Of a stretch of 64,000 nucleotides of DNA, positions 20,205-32,512 are shown piece by piece. The position numbers were made by a program, and so were the translations under genes. The stretch comes from Caecitellus pseudoparvulus (taxonomy: Eukaryota > Protista > Bigyra: Bicosoecida). Location: the NCBI GenBank assembly GCA_965644315.1, contig CBFFRQ010000062.1:496001-560000 (forward strand). Reading direction: 5' to 3'. The notes under the pieces were generated by a model. That model was not told the origin of the DNA and searched no databases. It was given only the letters and a program-made list of their open reading frames with translations. Positions within the stretch are counted from its first letter, which is position 1. The number at the start of each line of letters is the position of its first letter.

Positions 20205-23033
20205 ATGCCGAAGCGCAGGAAGAGCTCCGGCGGCAGTGCCGCCTTCCCCAAGGGCGGCACGCGGGTGTGGTTCGATGTGGGTGTCGGCAGCAAGTCCGCA
20301 GGGCGCCTGGAGTTCGAGCTGTTCGACAGCGTCACGCCCAAGACGGCGGCCAACTTCAAGGCCCTGTGCACTGGCGAACGAGGACGTGGCAAGTTCGGCA
20401 AGCCCCTGCACTACAAGGGCTGCCCTTTCCACCGCATTATTCCAGGTGCGTGTCCCACTGGCGCTGTTCCACGCCGAACTTGTCAGCTCACCCAGCGCCG
20501 CCCGCATGCAATTTCAGAGTTCATGATTCAAGGTGGCGACTTTACAAACTTTGATGGCACTGGTGGCGAGTCCATCTACGGAAAGACCTTCAAGGACGAG
20601 GTGTGTGGCGCGCACTCATTGCGGCGCGTGAACGGCGCAATTTCCGCACGCTGCGCCGCCTCGCCCCTGCCGCAGAACTTCAAGCTGAAGCACACCGTGC
20701 CTGGCCTGCTGTCCATGGCCAACGCGGGGCCGAACACGAACGGGTCCCAGTTCTTCATCACCACGGCAGCGACACCCTGGCTAAACGGCAAGCACGTCGT
20801 GTTTGGGCGGGTTGTCAGCGGCATGCCGCTGGTGGCCACGATGGAGCGCCTCGGAACACAGTCCGGCAAGACGCGCAAGCGCGTTTTCATCATTGACTGT
20901 GGCGTCGTGGGCGACGACAGCGCTGGTGCTGCCCCAGCAGCCGCTGCCGCTGCCGCTGCCGAGCCAGCCACTGGCGGTGTCAAGCGTGCGCGCGAGCAGC
21001 CAGCGCCAGTGGCTGCCGATGCAGGAGAAGGCAAAGCTGCCGCCGCACCCGAGGCGCAGGCAGCTGAGGATGCAGCTGCCGCCAAGGCTGCACGCAAGGC
21101 GGAACGGGCGGCGGCAAAGAAGGCCCGGCGCGAGGCAGAGGCTGCAGCGGAGGCTGAAGCAGAGGCGTCCTCCCAGGCGGCTGCCGCGGCATCCGGGGGA
21201 GGGGGCAGCGACTCTGCTGCCCAGGAAGTGTCTGGTGGCTCTGCCGCCCGCGGTGGCGCCCCCCAGAAGGACGGCTTCTTCTCCGGGCAGCGCTTCGACT
21301 CGCTGCCCCTCAGTGAGGGCACGCTGTCGGCCCTGGAGGAAGCCGGGTACTCCACCATGACCAAGATCCAGGCGCAAGCCATTCCCCCCCTGCTGCAGGG
21401 CAAGGATGTGCTGGGCGCCGCCAAGACGGGCAGCGGCAAGACGCTGGCCTTCCTCATCCCCGCCATGGAGATCCTGGCCAAGGCGCAGTTCAAGGCGCGC
21501 AATGGGCTGGGCGCCGTCATCATCACGCCCACGCGTGAGCTGGCCCTGCAGATTTACCAAACCCTGCGGGAGCTCATGGGGCACCAGAAGCAGACGCACG
21601 GCCTGATCATGGGCGGCGCCAACCGGCGCAACGAGGCGGAGAAGTTGGAGAAGGGCGTCAACATCCTCGTGGCCACGCCAGGGCGCCTGCTGGACCACCT
21701 GCAGAACACCCAGCGCTTCCTCTTCGACAACCTGCAGTGCCTCATCATCGACGAGGCTGACCGCATCCTGGAACAGGGCTTCGAGGAGGAGATGAAGGCT
21801 ATCATCAAGGCCCTGCCCAAGACGCGCCAGAGCATGCTCTTCAGCGCCACGCAAACGCAGAAGGTGGAGGACATGGCCCGCCTGGCCATCCGAGGCACCC
21901 CCGTGTACGTGGGCGTGGACGACCGAGACGCCATCGCCACGGTGAGCACACTGGAGCAGGGGTATGTCGTGTGCCCCGCCGACCAGCGCCTGCTGCTGCT
22001 GTACACGTTCCTCAAAAAGTACAGCAAGAAGAAGATCATTGTGTTCTTCTCCTCCTGTGCCAGCGTCAAGTTCCACGCGGAGCTGCTGAACTACATCGAC
22101 GTGCCGGTGCTGGACATCCACGGGAAGCAAAAGCAGGCGAAACGCACCACGACCTTCTTCGAGTTCTGCAATGCGAAGACCGGCACGCTGCTGGCCACTG
22201 ACGTCGCGGCGCGTGGGCTGGACATTCCTCACGTCGACTACGTCATCCAGTTCGACCCCCCTGATGATCCACGCGAGTACATTCACCGTGTCGGGCGAAC
22301 AGCTCGAGGTGCCACTGGCGCCGGCCGAGCCCTGCTCTTCCTCATGCCCGAGGAGCTGGGCTTCCTCAAGTACCTGCGCGCTGCCAAGGTGACCCCCAAC
22401 GAGTATGTCTTCCCTACCTCCAAGCTTGCCAAGGTGCAGGTACGTGCACGTGTCGTGCTGTGCCTTTACATCTGTGTAGTTCTCGTGTCTGTGCCAATGT
22501 GTGAGCTGAGGAGGTCGATGATGTCTTACCAAGATCTGTTCTGAACAACTCATGTCGATTGGGCTCTGCCCACCAACCCCTGAGACCTTCCCTGCTCCCC
22601 ACTGCTGCCTCGCACGCACTGTCTCGCCGCTCTCGCTCCCCGCCACACCTTCCCTCGCCCCCTGGCCCCGCAGGACCAACTTGAGAAACTCATCTCCAAG
22701 AACTACTTCCTGCACAAGAGCGCCAAGGAGGGCTACAAGGGGTACATCCTCTCCTACTCCTCCCACGCGCTGAAGCACATCTTCAACGTGCACGCCATTG
22801 ACCTGGGCGGTCTGTCCAGGTCCTTCGGTTTCGCGACACCCCCTCGGGTGCCCCTGAACCTGAAAACCACCGGCGCCAAGGTGCGCAAGCGCGGCGGCGG
22901 TGGCGGCTTCGGGGACAAGGACCGCAAGTCTGTGCACGATAAGATCCGGGCGCAGGGCAGCGGGCATGCCTTCTCCGCCGCAAACCCGTACGGCAAGCGT
23001 GGCGGCGATGATGGGCGGCAGTTCCAGCACTGA
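20205..23033 (+). CDS. HAS1: Fusion of cyclophilin PPIase and DEAD-box RNA helicase HAS1/DDX18
   Basis: Cyclophilin motifs [31 protein letters not shown] and [10 protein letters not shown]; an Ala/Glu/Lys-rich linker; helicase motifs [32 protein letters not shown]; and a HAS1 C-terminal domain. Introns at 20446-20517, 20601-20675 and 22440-22673. Confidence 0.93.
22510..22590 (+). ncRNA. Intronic box C/D snoRNA, probable LSU rRNA 2'-O-methylation guide
   Basis: Terminal stem GGAGGTC/GACCTTC; C box ATGATGT (22518); D' CTGA (22541); C'-like ATGTCGA (22552); D CTGA (22580). The D' guide ACCAAGATCTG is complementary to conserved LSU CAGAUCUUGGU. It lies in an unusually long 234-nt intron. Confidence 0.85.
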
Positions 23034-23290
23034 GACTGGGCGCTGTTGACGTGAGTGCTGCCTGCTGCTGTTGTTCTGGCGAGTGAGGGGCGTGCTGGGA
23101 GTGACGAGTCTTTCTCACCTTAGCTTCAGGCATGCTGATACTCTATCTTCAAAGTTCGCTGACCCAGCCCGCCCCTCCGCTGCAGTCCCCTTCGCTGCGC
23201 GTGCCTGCGACCACTGTTCCCACACACGCACATTTCGCGCACTCCATCACAGAGACGCAGCCCAGGCCGATGCCCTTGCAATGCATTTCT

Positions 23291-24159
23291 TCACTGCTCA
23301 GTGACGGAGGCCAGCAGCTGCTTCCACCCGCGACCACTGTGGGCCGACACAGTGAAGCAGTCCACATCCACGTGGCAGTCGGCAGCGAAGGTGAAGGCCT
23401 TGCCGCGCCGGCCCAGCACCGCCCCAGACCCGCCGTCACTGGTGTCTGCCAGGCTGCTTCGAGTGTCCTTCACCGCCGTCACGGCCCGCTCCAGGGCGCT
23501 CTGCAGCTCGCCCGCTGTCAGCGCGTCCGCCGCGTCAGCCTTGCACCCCAGCAGGGTCAGGCGCAGCCCCCGCTCCACCATGGCCGGGGTAGTCAGGAGG
23601 TCGAACAGCATTTCCCCCGCCTGGGCCATGTGCTGCGCGTCCCCTGCGCAGTCCACGGCGAACACCACTCGGCGGGCGGTGGGCAAGAAGTCTCGCACGG
23701 CTCCAGCGACACGGGGGTGGCCCGGCACATCGACGAGGTGCACCTTGTGGTCTGGAAGGTCTGCCAGTGCCACCGTCTTGTCCAGGGGCTTCACCGACAG
23801 CACAGTCTTCTCCACATGGCCCTTCCACAGCTGGGAAGGTGAGTGTGAGGTTGGCCGTGGCCACCGCTGTGCATCGGCGTCGTGGGCGGTGCACGCACCT
23901 TGTGCACAATCGTGGTCTTGCCTGCGCCCTCAGGGCCTGTAAATACAATAGCTGACCCCCCTTTCCCTGCCACAGCCCCTGTCAAGCTCGGCAGGAGGCC
24001 TGCACAGGCAGGGGAGAAAGCGTGTGGAGCCAGGCTGGGCAGCATGCACAGGAGTCACATGCCCTCACCGATGACTGCTGGCAGCACCACCACGGCAACG
24101 AGGAGGGCTGCAAGTGCCACGCGCCAGTCGCTTGTAAGCGTCTCCAGCACCCCTTCCAT
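23291..24159 (-). CDS. SRPRB: Signal recognition particle receptor beta subunit
   Basis: N-terminal TM anchor, P-loop GPEGAGKT, LVDVPGHPRV, GCKAD and a GKAFTF motif. Introns at 24068-24000 and 23898-23831. Confidence 0.85.
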
Positions 24160-24433
24160 TCTACTTGAGCCCTGCAGCAGTTGCGGTGCGGAACTTGACA
24201 GCTGTCCCGAGCGCACGTCAGACAGGTCGACTGTGGAAGCGCAAGGCAGAATGGGGCCCGTCGTAAATCGTTCTTAAGAGCTAAATTACATTGTTGTTGC
24301 CACTGTGGGATTTTACCTGCATGCTGCGACTGAGGAAGGGTCCGCAGGAAGCAGCAGTGGGACGGCCTTGACTTGGCGTTTCGGCGTTTCGACGCACGTG
24401 TGCAGCCGGGCCTAGTTTCGCCACCCAGGCGCC

Positions 24434-26180
24434 ATGGCAGATGTGCGTGCGCAGTCAAGGCCCCAAGATGCTGAACGCAGTGCTTCACACACCCCTCACT
24501 CGCCTGGGCGCCTCTGCAGCTCTTTAGTTTCCTTGGCGCAGCCCTCGGCGGCAGCCAGACGTAAGCACCACGCCGGCGCACACGCACTGCGATTGCGAGT
24601 CACGCCAGGCCCCACCGCGCCTCGCCACAGCTTCATCCAGCAGTACAAGTGCCACAGCTTGGCCATGCTGGGTGACCATTTCCAGGAGTACAGTGACAAG
24701 GGTGCGAGCCAGTCGGCGAAGCTTGCAGCCAGTCCTGCCTCACAACCACTTGGCTCTCCCCGCAGTCGTCCTGCCCCCCTCCGCCCTGGACCGCCTGTGT
24801 ACGTGACCAGCAGAGTCCCAATGTCCCGCCAAGTGTCACGCCCTGCCACTGTCTCCTCCCGCTGCAGCGCGCATGCAAGTGCAGTACCCGATGCTGTTTG
24901 AGCTGCGCCACGATGCGCTGGGACTGACGACACACGTTGGCACGCTGGAGTTCACGGCAGCAGAGGGCTTCGTGCACGTCCCTCGCTGGCTCATGGCCAG
25001 CCTGCACATCCCCGAGGGCGGCGTGGTCACCCTCACCAACAAGGCCCTGCCCAAGGCCAGCTGGGTGAAGCTGCAGCCACAAAGCAAGGAGTTTCTGGAC
25101 CTGTCTGACCCGAAGGCGGCCTTGGAGGTCGTCTTGGCGCAGTTCTCCTGCTTGACGCAGGGCCGCACCATCACGTTTCAGCACGCTGCGCGGGAGTACC
25201 AGCTCCTGGTGCAGGAATTGAAGCCCGCGGTGAGCAGCGCACAGCGACACGCACGCCACTGAATCGCCGCTGCCCACACCGCGGGACACGCCGCGCCTGC
25301 ACAGGATGCCTGCTGCATCATAGAGACGGACATGGAGGTGGACTTCTCTGCCCCGCCTGGCTACGAAGAGGAGATGGCGGCCCAGGCCGCCAAGGCAGCC
25401 GCAGCCAAACAAGAGGCGGAAGCGGCTGCCGCAGCTGCAGCGGAGGCTGAGGCGGCGTCCAGCGCCTTCACAGGCACCGGGCACCGACTGGTGTCTGACA
25501 AACGCACGACGAACAGCACCACCAACGCGAACAGCGGCACGCCCTCCCCCATGCTGACGGCGGCGCTGGGCGGCACGTTGCTGGGCAGGAGTGTTGTTGG
25601 ACGCCCAGCTTCCAGCGCATCGCCTGCCACGGCGCCCAAACAGTCTTCAGAGGCAGAGGAGCCCAGTGGGGGGAGTGCTTTCAAGCTGGGGGGCGTGAAG
25701 AACCCCGGGCGCAGGCTGGGCGGCACGCCTGCTCGCCGCACGAACTTCGCCGGAACAGGCGGGGGGCGGCGCGTGGATGGCGCTCCCGCCCCGGCGCCCG
25801 TTCCCGCCAGCCTCGCCGCAGCAGCCGCGGCACCCTCCGCACCCAAGCGCCCTGCCCTGGACCTGGGCGACTCACCGCCGCCCAGCTCGGCGCCTGCCCC
25901 TCCCGCAGGCCCAGGCCACGTTTTGGGCGGCAACGACGTGCGCCCGACGGTGCAGCCACCGCCGGTCCCTGGCCAATCTGCTCCGGCGACTGCTTCCCCC
26001 GCAGGCGCCACGCCGGGTGGTACAGGCGGTGGCCACCGTCTTGGGGGTGGTGACTCACCCTCCCGCCCCCCCAGTGCAGGTGGGCACCGGAACAAGTTTC
26101 TGGAACGGTTCCGTGCGCGGCAGGAAGCTGCGCAAAGCTCCGCCGCCTTTTCCGGCACAGGCCGCACACTGCAGGACTGA
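24434..26180 (+). CDS. UFD1: Ubiquitin fusion degradation protein 1 (p97 cofactor)
   Basis: Spliced SDKVVLPPSALDRL...QYPMLFEL, THVGTLEFTAAEG, VKLQPQSKEFLDLSDPKAALE, IETDMEVDF and C-terminal SHP boxes. Five introns at 24443-24519, 24561-24630, 24702-24765, 24798-24867 and 25230-25304. Confidence 0.93.
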
Positions 26181-26291
26181 GATCAGGCGCGGGGCACGTG
26201 GCGGCAGTGCCTGGATGCGGGGGTGTCAGACAAATGCATGCATTCTTCGTGTGCGCTTGCGCCCCTGCGCCAGGCTGGCGTCCTGAGCGCG

Positions 26292-27297
26292 CTACCACTC
26301 ACCGTCCACCTCTGTGACAATGTCGCTGATGCAGGGGTAGTGTAGAACCCCCCCTGCGACTTCAGGGCGCAGGGTTTTCATGTGCTGCACAGCTTTCTTT
26401 GCTGCCCAGCCGTTGGCGATGAAGTGAGCCAGCACGATGGTGGCAGAGCGCCCCATGCCGGCTTTGCAGTGCACGAGCACTCGGTTGGTGGGGGTGGCCA
26501 ACGCAACAGCCATCCAGCGCAGGGCCTGCTGCACCTGGGGCGTCCGAGGCACATCTCCATCCGGTACCGGCACGTACAGCTGCTCCACGCCGGCCTTGGC
26601 GTACGCTGCGATGGGCCCCTCATACTCCGCGCACATGTTCACAACATGCGTCACGCCGCGGTGCCGCAGGTGCTTCACATCCCACGAGAAAGGGATGGAG
26701 CCCAGGAACACCTGCTGCGTCATGGGGGTCATGAGGCTGTGCAGGCGCCAGCCGCATGCCGCCCACGCCACTGCTGCCAGCGTGAGTGGCGTATCCCAAA
26801 GCACTCGCAGGGCCAGCACCAGCCAGGCTGGAAATGGCGCCTGGTCGTCCCTCCACGCAAACAGGAACGCGGGAAGGGTCCCTGCCAGCCACAGCCAGTC
26901 CCACCCACTGCCGAGCATCCAGCAAAGGGGGGCGAGGAGAGCTGCCACCCTGCGGTGAGAGGTCACATGGGGTGGCGAGGTGCCCGTGCGGCGAGGGTGC
27001 CTGGGCGCACGCACCAGACGTGCATCCACATCACCACGAGGAGCAAGCGGAACTGGCCAACCAAGCGACGGTGCTGGACAGGAATGAACTTCCTGTGCAC
27101 CACGGGGAGCGGCAGCTGTGTGTGCGCATCTCGAAGCCAGGCTGCAAGCTCAGGCCGTACCTGTACACCGCCACGGCGACCGGCACGATCGCTGCGTAGG
27201 CAAGCCAAGGCGCCCCAAACCAAATGCAGACTGCACCAAAAGCAACTACGCCTGCAAGCAGCACCCTGAGCAGCGTAAGGGAGCTCTTCCTGTCCAT
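26292..27297 (-). CDS. Dual-specificity phosphatase, PTPMT1-like, with N-terminal TM segments
   Basis: VFLGSIP, VVNMCAEYEGP and catalytic VHCKAGMGRSAT. The hydrophobic first exon starts at ATG 27297 and ends at a GTACGG donor; internal exon borders are approximate. Confidence 0.75.
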
Positions 27298-27558
27298 GCC
27301 TGGCTCTTGCCGTGCGGAAATTGGTGCCAGTTTCAAGAGATTGACAGCGTAAACGTCGAGCGGCAGCTTCTGGAGTGGAGATGGGGAAAGTAGCAGTGGG
27401 AGGGAAAAATAAAGTTTGATGTGCCAAGGGTTTTATTCGCAGATGGATTCGTGGAAGGGTGTTTGTGCTGCTGCATTGGCGGAGAAAATATGGAGTCTGT
27501 GCAGCAGCTCCAAGCGCTGGGCAACAACTCCCTGGGCCAGGGGAGCGCCCCCGCAATA

Positions 27559-30500
27559 CTAACACATGTCTTCCTTGACGCTCTTCACTTTGATGCCTTC
27601 TGATGCAAGGCGCATGGAGCCCAGCTCACCCACCATCCACACACCTCGCAAGCCTCCGACACGCTTGCCCACGGCGGGCAGCACCAGCCAGCTAAACACG
27701 CTCCATGCCAGCACCACGCCAATGCAAAGGCACAAGACCGTGCCTGCGATGCCGGCACTGTACACAGAACCGCTGCCCACTGCCAGGCTAGCCTCAAGGA
27801 GTGCCAACACTACGCCCAGCTGCACCACGCCCACATCCAACACCTCCCCCAGCCCGCCACCACCACTCCCCATCCCACCCACAGCCCCCGCTAGATCCAC
27901 CCCTCCCTCACCCACACACGCCGCCTCTGCCGTCGCGTTCCCACCGCCCCCCACACCCGCACACCTCGCCATCACGCCCACCACCTGCTCCATGTGCCCA
28001 GCCACCCACAGCACACCCCGTGTCACGCCCCCCGTCGACAGCACGCCACCCCCCGCACCACCACACCTTGACCGGTACGCCTGCATGCGGAGGCTGGTCA
28101 GCGTGGAGGTCAGTCCTCGGGGGGCATACAGACTGCCACTCGCAGCTCCACCCAGGGGCGCGTCACCATCCAGCACGGAGCCAAGGAGGCACGCATCGTG
28201 ATGCACCGCATCGTACACAGCAGCCTGCGCCGCCGACACGGGCGGGACTGCAGAAAGCGCAGGCAGGCGCGGAAGAGAGTCGAGGCGGAACGTCCACCAG
28301 CGCGCAGCGTGAACACTGTCAGCGGCCACTGCAAGCTGAGGCGAGGACAGGGGGCGGCCGTCGTGCAAGTCAGCTGCTGCAGACAGCACCCCTGCCAGGG
28401 CGATGTGGGTGTGCCCGATGCTGGCGACGCTGGCCACTGCCACCGCCCTGAAGCCAGTGTCGATGCTGCTTTGTGTCATGTCCACAAGCAGGATGCCGAT
28501 GAAGCACGAGAAGAACACCGCCCCCACAGCCTGCAGCGGGCCCAGCAGCGAGCCGTGGGCGCGACACAGCCTGCCGCTGCAAAGCACTTTCACTGGCCGG
28601 GCGCTGATGCCCAGAGCTGCAGCAGCAGCAGACACAGCCTCGTTCTCTGTGCGCTGCAGCCTCGCCTCGGCGCAGCACGCGGTGGCAGTGGACACCGCGA
28701 TGATCGTCAGCATAGCGACAGTACCGCCAAGCACCTGCCCAGCGCTGACCTGCATCAATGCAGCCTCGACATCCTGGTACATGCTGGTCCCTGTCTCATT
28801 CATGGCTGCAAGGGCGGTTGTGTCGTTGCTGGTCATGCTCTGCCAGGCGCTGCCCGGAGTCTGGTCATGCTGTGCGCGGAACAGCATGCCATCCACTGCC
28901 GCCATGACAGGCTGTGACTGGGACGAAGTGTCGGCGTTTGCATCGCGCAGGATGCGGTTCTGCCACTCCTGCACGGCTGGTGCCCCAACAAGGTAGTCAA
29001 GAACGTCGGCACGTGCGAGGAGGTCCATGACATCACGGCGTGAAGTGATCCAGTCTCCGACAGCTTCGTCAGCCGCCTGGGCAAGCTGCGAATGGGTGGA
29101 ATTGCCGGCCAGCTGTACCATGGAGGCCCACTGGCGGCTTTGGTGCCCATGCGTCGCGCAGCGCCACAGTGCCAGGGGGGTCAAGAGCCGCTGGCCATGT
29201 GTGCTGTCCGGGCCAATGACGAGGTTGGGCAGCACGACAGCGCAGAAAACGCACACAACCAACACCATGGCCACACGTTGCTGCCAAAGTGCGCCCCGAT
29301 ACACCACGTGACTGGTCACTGGCTGGGCGGCCACATGCAGAGCTTGCACGGCCGCCTGCTTGAGGCGTGGCTCGCTCGAACGCATTGTGTGGCCGGAAAG
29401 AGCGTCTGAATGTTGGCAAGCCTGAGTGGGCTGACGAGGGGTGACGCGATCACCCTGCACAGCTACAAGCACCACCCACCGCACCTCAGGACCCCCGCCA
29501 CCCAGCGCCCAGCCCTCCAACACACACACCTGGCACGCCACGCCCCCCTGCCCCTGCCGACCCAGCTTCACACACCGTGGCACACCCACGTCCCCCGGCG
29601 CCAGCCCCCTCGCGACCACGCCGCCCCACCACACATCCCCACCCAGGCCCATCACCTCGCCCCACCCTCGCCCCACCAACTCGCCCTCACTGCTGCACCC
29701 CAGCAGCCTCACCATGCCCTCGCTCACTGACAGCACCATGCCCCGTGTGCTGCCAGTGCCACTCACCTCTGCCCACAGCACGGGCTGCCGGGGCTCCTTG
29801 CCCTGCCCACCTCGACCCACAAACTGCACCCACCCAGCCAGCAGCTTGGCAGGATCGGCAAGTGCTTCGGGGGCTCCACTTTCTTTCAGTCCGTTTTGAG
29901 CAGAAACTTGGCAGGTTTCGGCGCGGAGGGCAAGCCCCGAATCGAGCCCAAACCCGCCAGTCTGCGCCGCATCTGTGGCTTCAACAGCCGCCTCCACTGA
30001 CGTAGCAGCCACCTGGATGGGTGACTGCGCGCTGCTCGCATTGGAGGATCGCTGCGCAGCAGCACTGAACTGCACAGCCGCAGAGGCAAGGGCCCGCAAG
30101 TCCCGCACCAGGCGGCTGCCTGCGTGCAGGATGTTGTTTGTGGCAACGCCTCCAGCACTGGAGACACCTTTCAGGCGGCGGAGGGCAAAGTTCAGGTCGG
30201 ACGTGAAGCGCGCCTGGGTATCGGTGGCTTTGGCCGCGCTTGCACGAAGCAGTGCAGAGCGCTGCACGACGAGCCCCAGCATGGCGGCGCTCTCCAGGCG
30301 CCACAGACACTGCAGGCGGTGCAGGATGTACATGCGGAAGTCGGGGGCAGGCGTGAGCGCCCACAGGTGTCGCAGGGCCGCCACCTCGCCACCCACGCCG
30401 TGCCCGCTCCAGGGACTGCCGCGCCACATGGCTTCGTACATGGCGGCGGTAGCAGAGTCGGGGTGCAGGCGGCGCATGCGGGCGATGATGGCGTGAGCGG

Positions 30501-32030
30501 GGTTGTCTGTGAGGGCAGCCCGCAGGCGAGCTACACGGCACGGCGACTTTACGGCAGTTGCGTGAGACGCTGTCCAAATGGAGGGGCCGAACTGGTTCAA
30601 CTCCGCCAATGCCTTCCCAACCTCTCGAGTGCTCGCTTCCAGCCCGATAACCTTGGCCGTTGCAGCTTTGGCTGCCTCATGTGTCTCGGCCAGCGCACAC
30701 ATGCTCAGCGCTTCGACTCGCACCAGGTGCTCGCGGAATGACCCGAGAATACTGTGCCTGACTGTGTCAACAGTCGCCCCTCCAAACACCACAACAGCTA
30801 GGATGATTATCATGGTCATGAGGGACACGTCCACTCGATGGTCTGAGGCAAGCGCCACTCCAGCGCTGACGGAGCTGGCGCCCAGTGCGGCGCAGGTCGC
30901 CGCCCACACCCGGAATTGGTGCGGGTTCGCGTGGATGTTGAACCACAGAGCTCCCGTGATGTATGACACTGCGACCTGCGGCACAAGGGCGGGCCCCACC
31001 CACAGTGGCAAGAGGTCCAACAGCGCGCCAACTGTCAGGGTCGCCCCTGCAATGATGCCAACGTCCAGAAGGAGAGCCCATCGAATGGACAGGACTGCAG
31101 CAATGGGGAGAGAGGTTGCGGGCAAAGATGTAAATAGTTCCGGGTCTGGCAGCGCATACATCAGCCGCCCCGGCACTGAGGCAAAGAGGATGACGAAGAA
31201 GCACGCGGCGCTGATGAGCACGTGCACCAGGTGCCAGCCCGTGTAGCACGCCTCCACGCCCCCGAACATCGCCGGCACCATGCTCACGCCGTGCTCAAGG
31301 GGCGTGCTCAGCGGCAACACCGTGCTCCGCAGCAGCGCTCCCGGCTCGCCCCAGATGGCGTTGGTGGCGGTGCCCCATCGCTGGATGAGGTGAGGAGCCC
31401 GGACCGCTGGGTCCAGGGCGGGGAAGCAAGCCAGCATGCGGCCCAGCACAATCAAGCAAGGTATGGATGCAGCCCAGAATCCCCCGTAAATGACCAGGCC
31501 AACGACCAATGCGAGCGTGGAGGATTTTGTCGAGGCGGTGAACCTGCGAGGTGAGTCGCGGGGGCCAGGTTTGGGCGTTGCCGTCGGCGGGGACAGCGTG
31601 ACGGGACGTACAGCTTCACTCTCTGAGCCCACGGTGCATGTTCTCTGTCTTTCTGACGTGATGTCCCCGCCCCTTTGCCGGCGAGCTGTGCAGCGCCGAC
31701 GGCTGCTGAGGATGCAGTTGCGGCAGCCGCCCACCGCCACCAGCACCACACCGCAGCCAAGGCGCCAAGCATGGCAAGGGCGACGAAGACGGACGTCATC
31801 CATGCTAAGTAGAAGACTAAGGGGGACATGTCAAGGTCCAGTCGGCCGCCCAGGATGACAGCCGCGAGGCGCCCCAGGACTGCCAAGTCTGGACTGCCTA
31901 CGTTGGCCCCCATCGCTGAAAAGTAGAACGCCGCTACCAGCAACTGCGCAGCTTTGCAGGCCACCACAATACTTTGCAGGCGCGAGGACGGTAAGGGAAG
32001 CAGGAAGAGGGGGAGAATTACTGCCTCCAT
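27559..32030 (-). CDS. TmcB-like multi-pass membrane PAS-domain protein, copy C (~1467 aa)
   Basis: Exon 1 (32030-31612) is homologous to the N-termini of A and B. A phase-2 intron at 31611-31544 (GTACGT...CTCAC..CAG) joins the 27559-31803 frame. It shares four near-identical blocks with A and B. Confidence 0.8.
27814..31443 (-). repeat. Four dispersed near-identical cassettes shared with copies A/B: 31210-31443, 30272-30507, 29452-29835, 27814-28066
   Basis: Direct nucleotide identity, including synonymous positions, with A 416-635, 1348-1585, 1981-2365 and 3711-3962. The intervening DNA is not alignable by eye. Confidence 0.93.
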
Positions 32031-32512
32031 CGCTATTCAGGGCAGAAAGGAAACGGGTACGCGGACTGTGCCGCAGCGAATCTAGCTGTGCCGAGAAACG
32101 CCCCCTCAGCCCACTGCCTCGGTTCGCAGCCGAATGGGCAGTGGGGGGCCGTTTTGGGCGATATGACGGGAGATCAGAGCTCCTTTGGCACGCTGGCCCC
32201 ATGTTTCATGTGCATTTTTGCCGGGCACGCCGTCTGCGCTGATGTGCGGGTGGCATGCCGCAGATTCTCTCGTTTCGCATCAGCTGGCCTACGCTTGTGC
32301 GTGCAGCAGGCCGCCTGCGGTGCTGCTCGTCACAGAGCAAAGCGGGCGGGGAAATGTGTGGGGCTTGCCCCACTCCGTACTCACAGAAGTCGCCCCTTGC
32401 CCCGGATTGAGCAGAGGCCCCAGAGCTTTGCGCTGGGGTGCAGGTGTCGGAACGGCTCCCGCAGCAGTCCAACGCTCACCTCACAGCGGGCAGCTGACAG
32501 GCGCCAGCGCTG

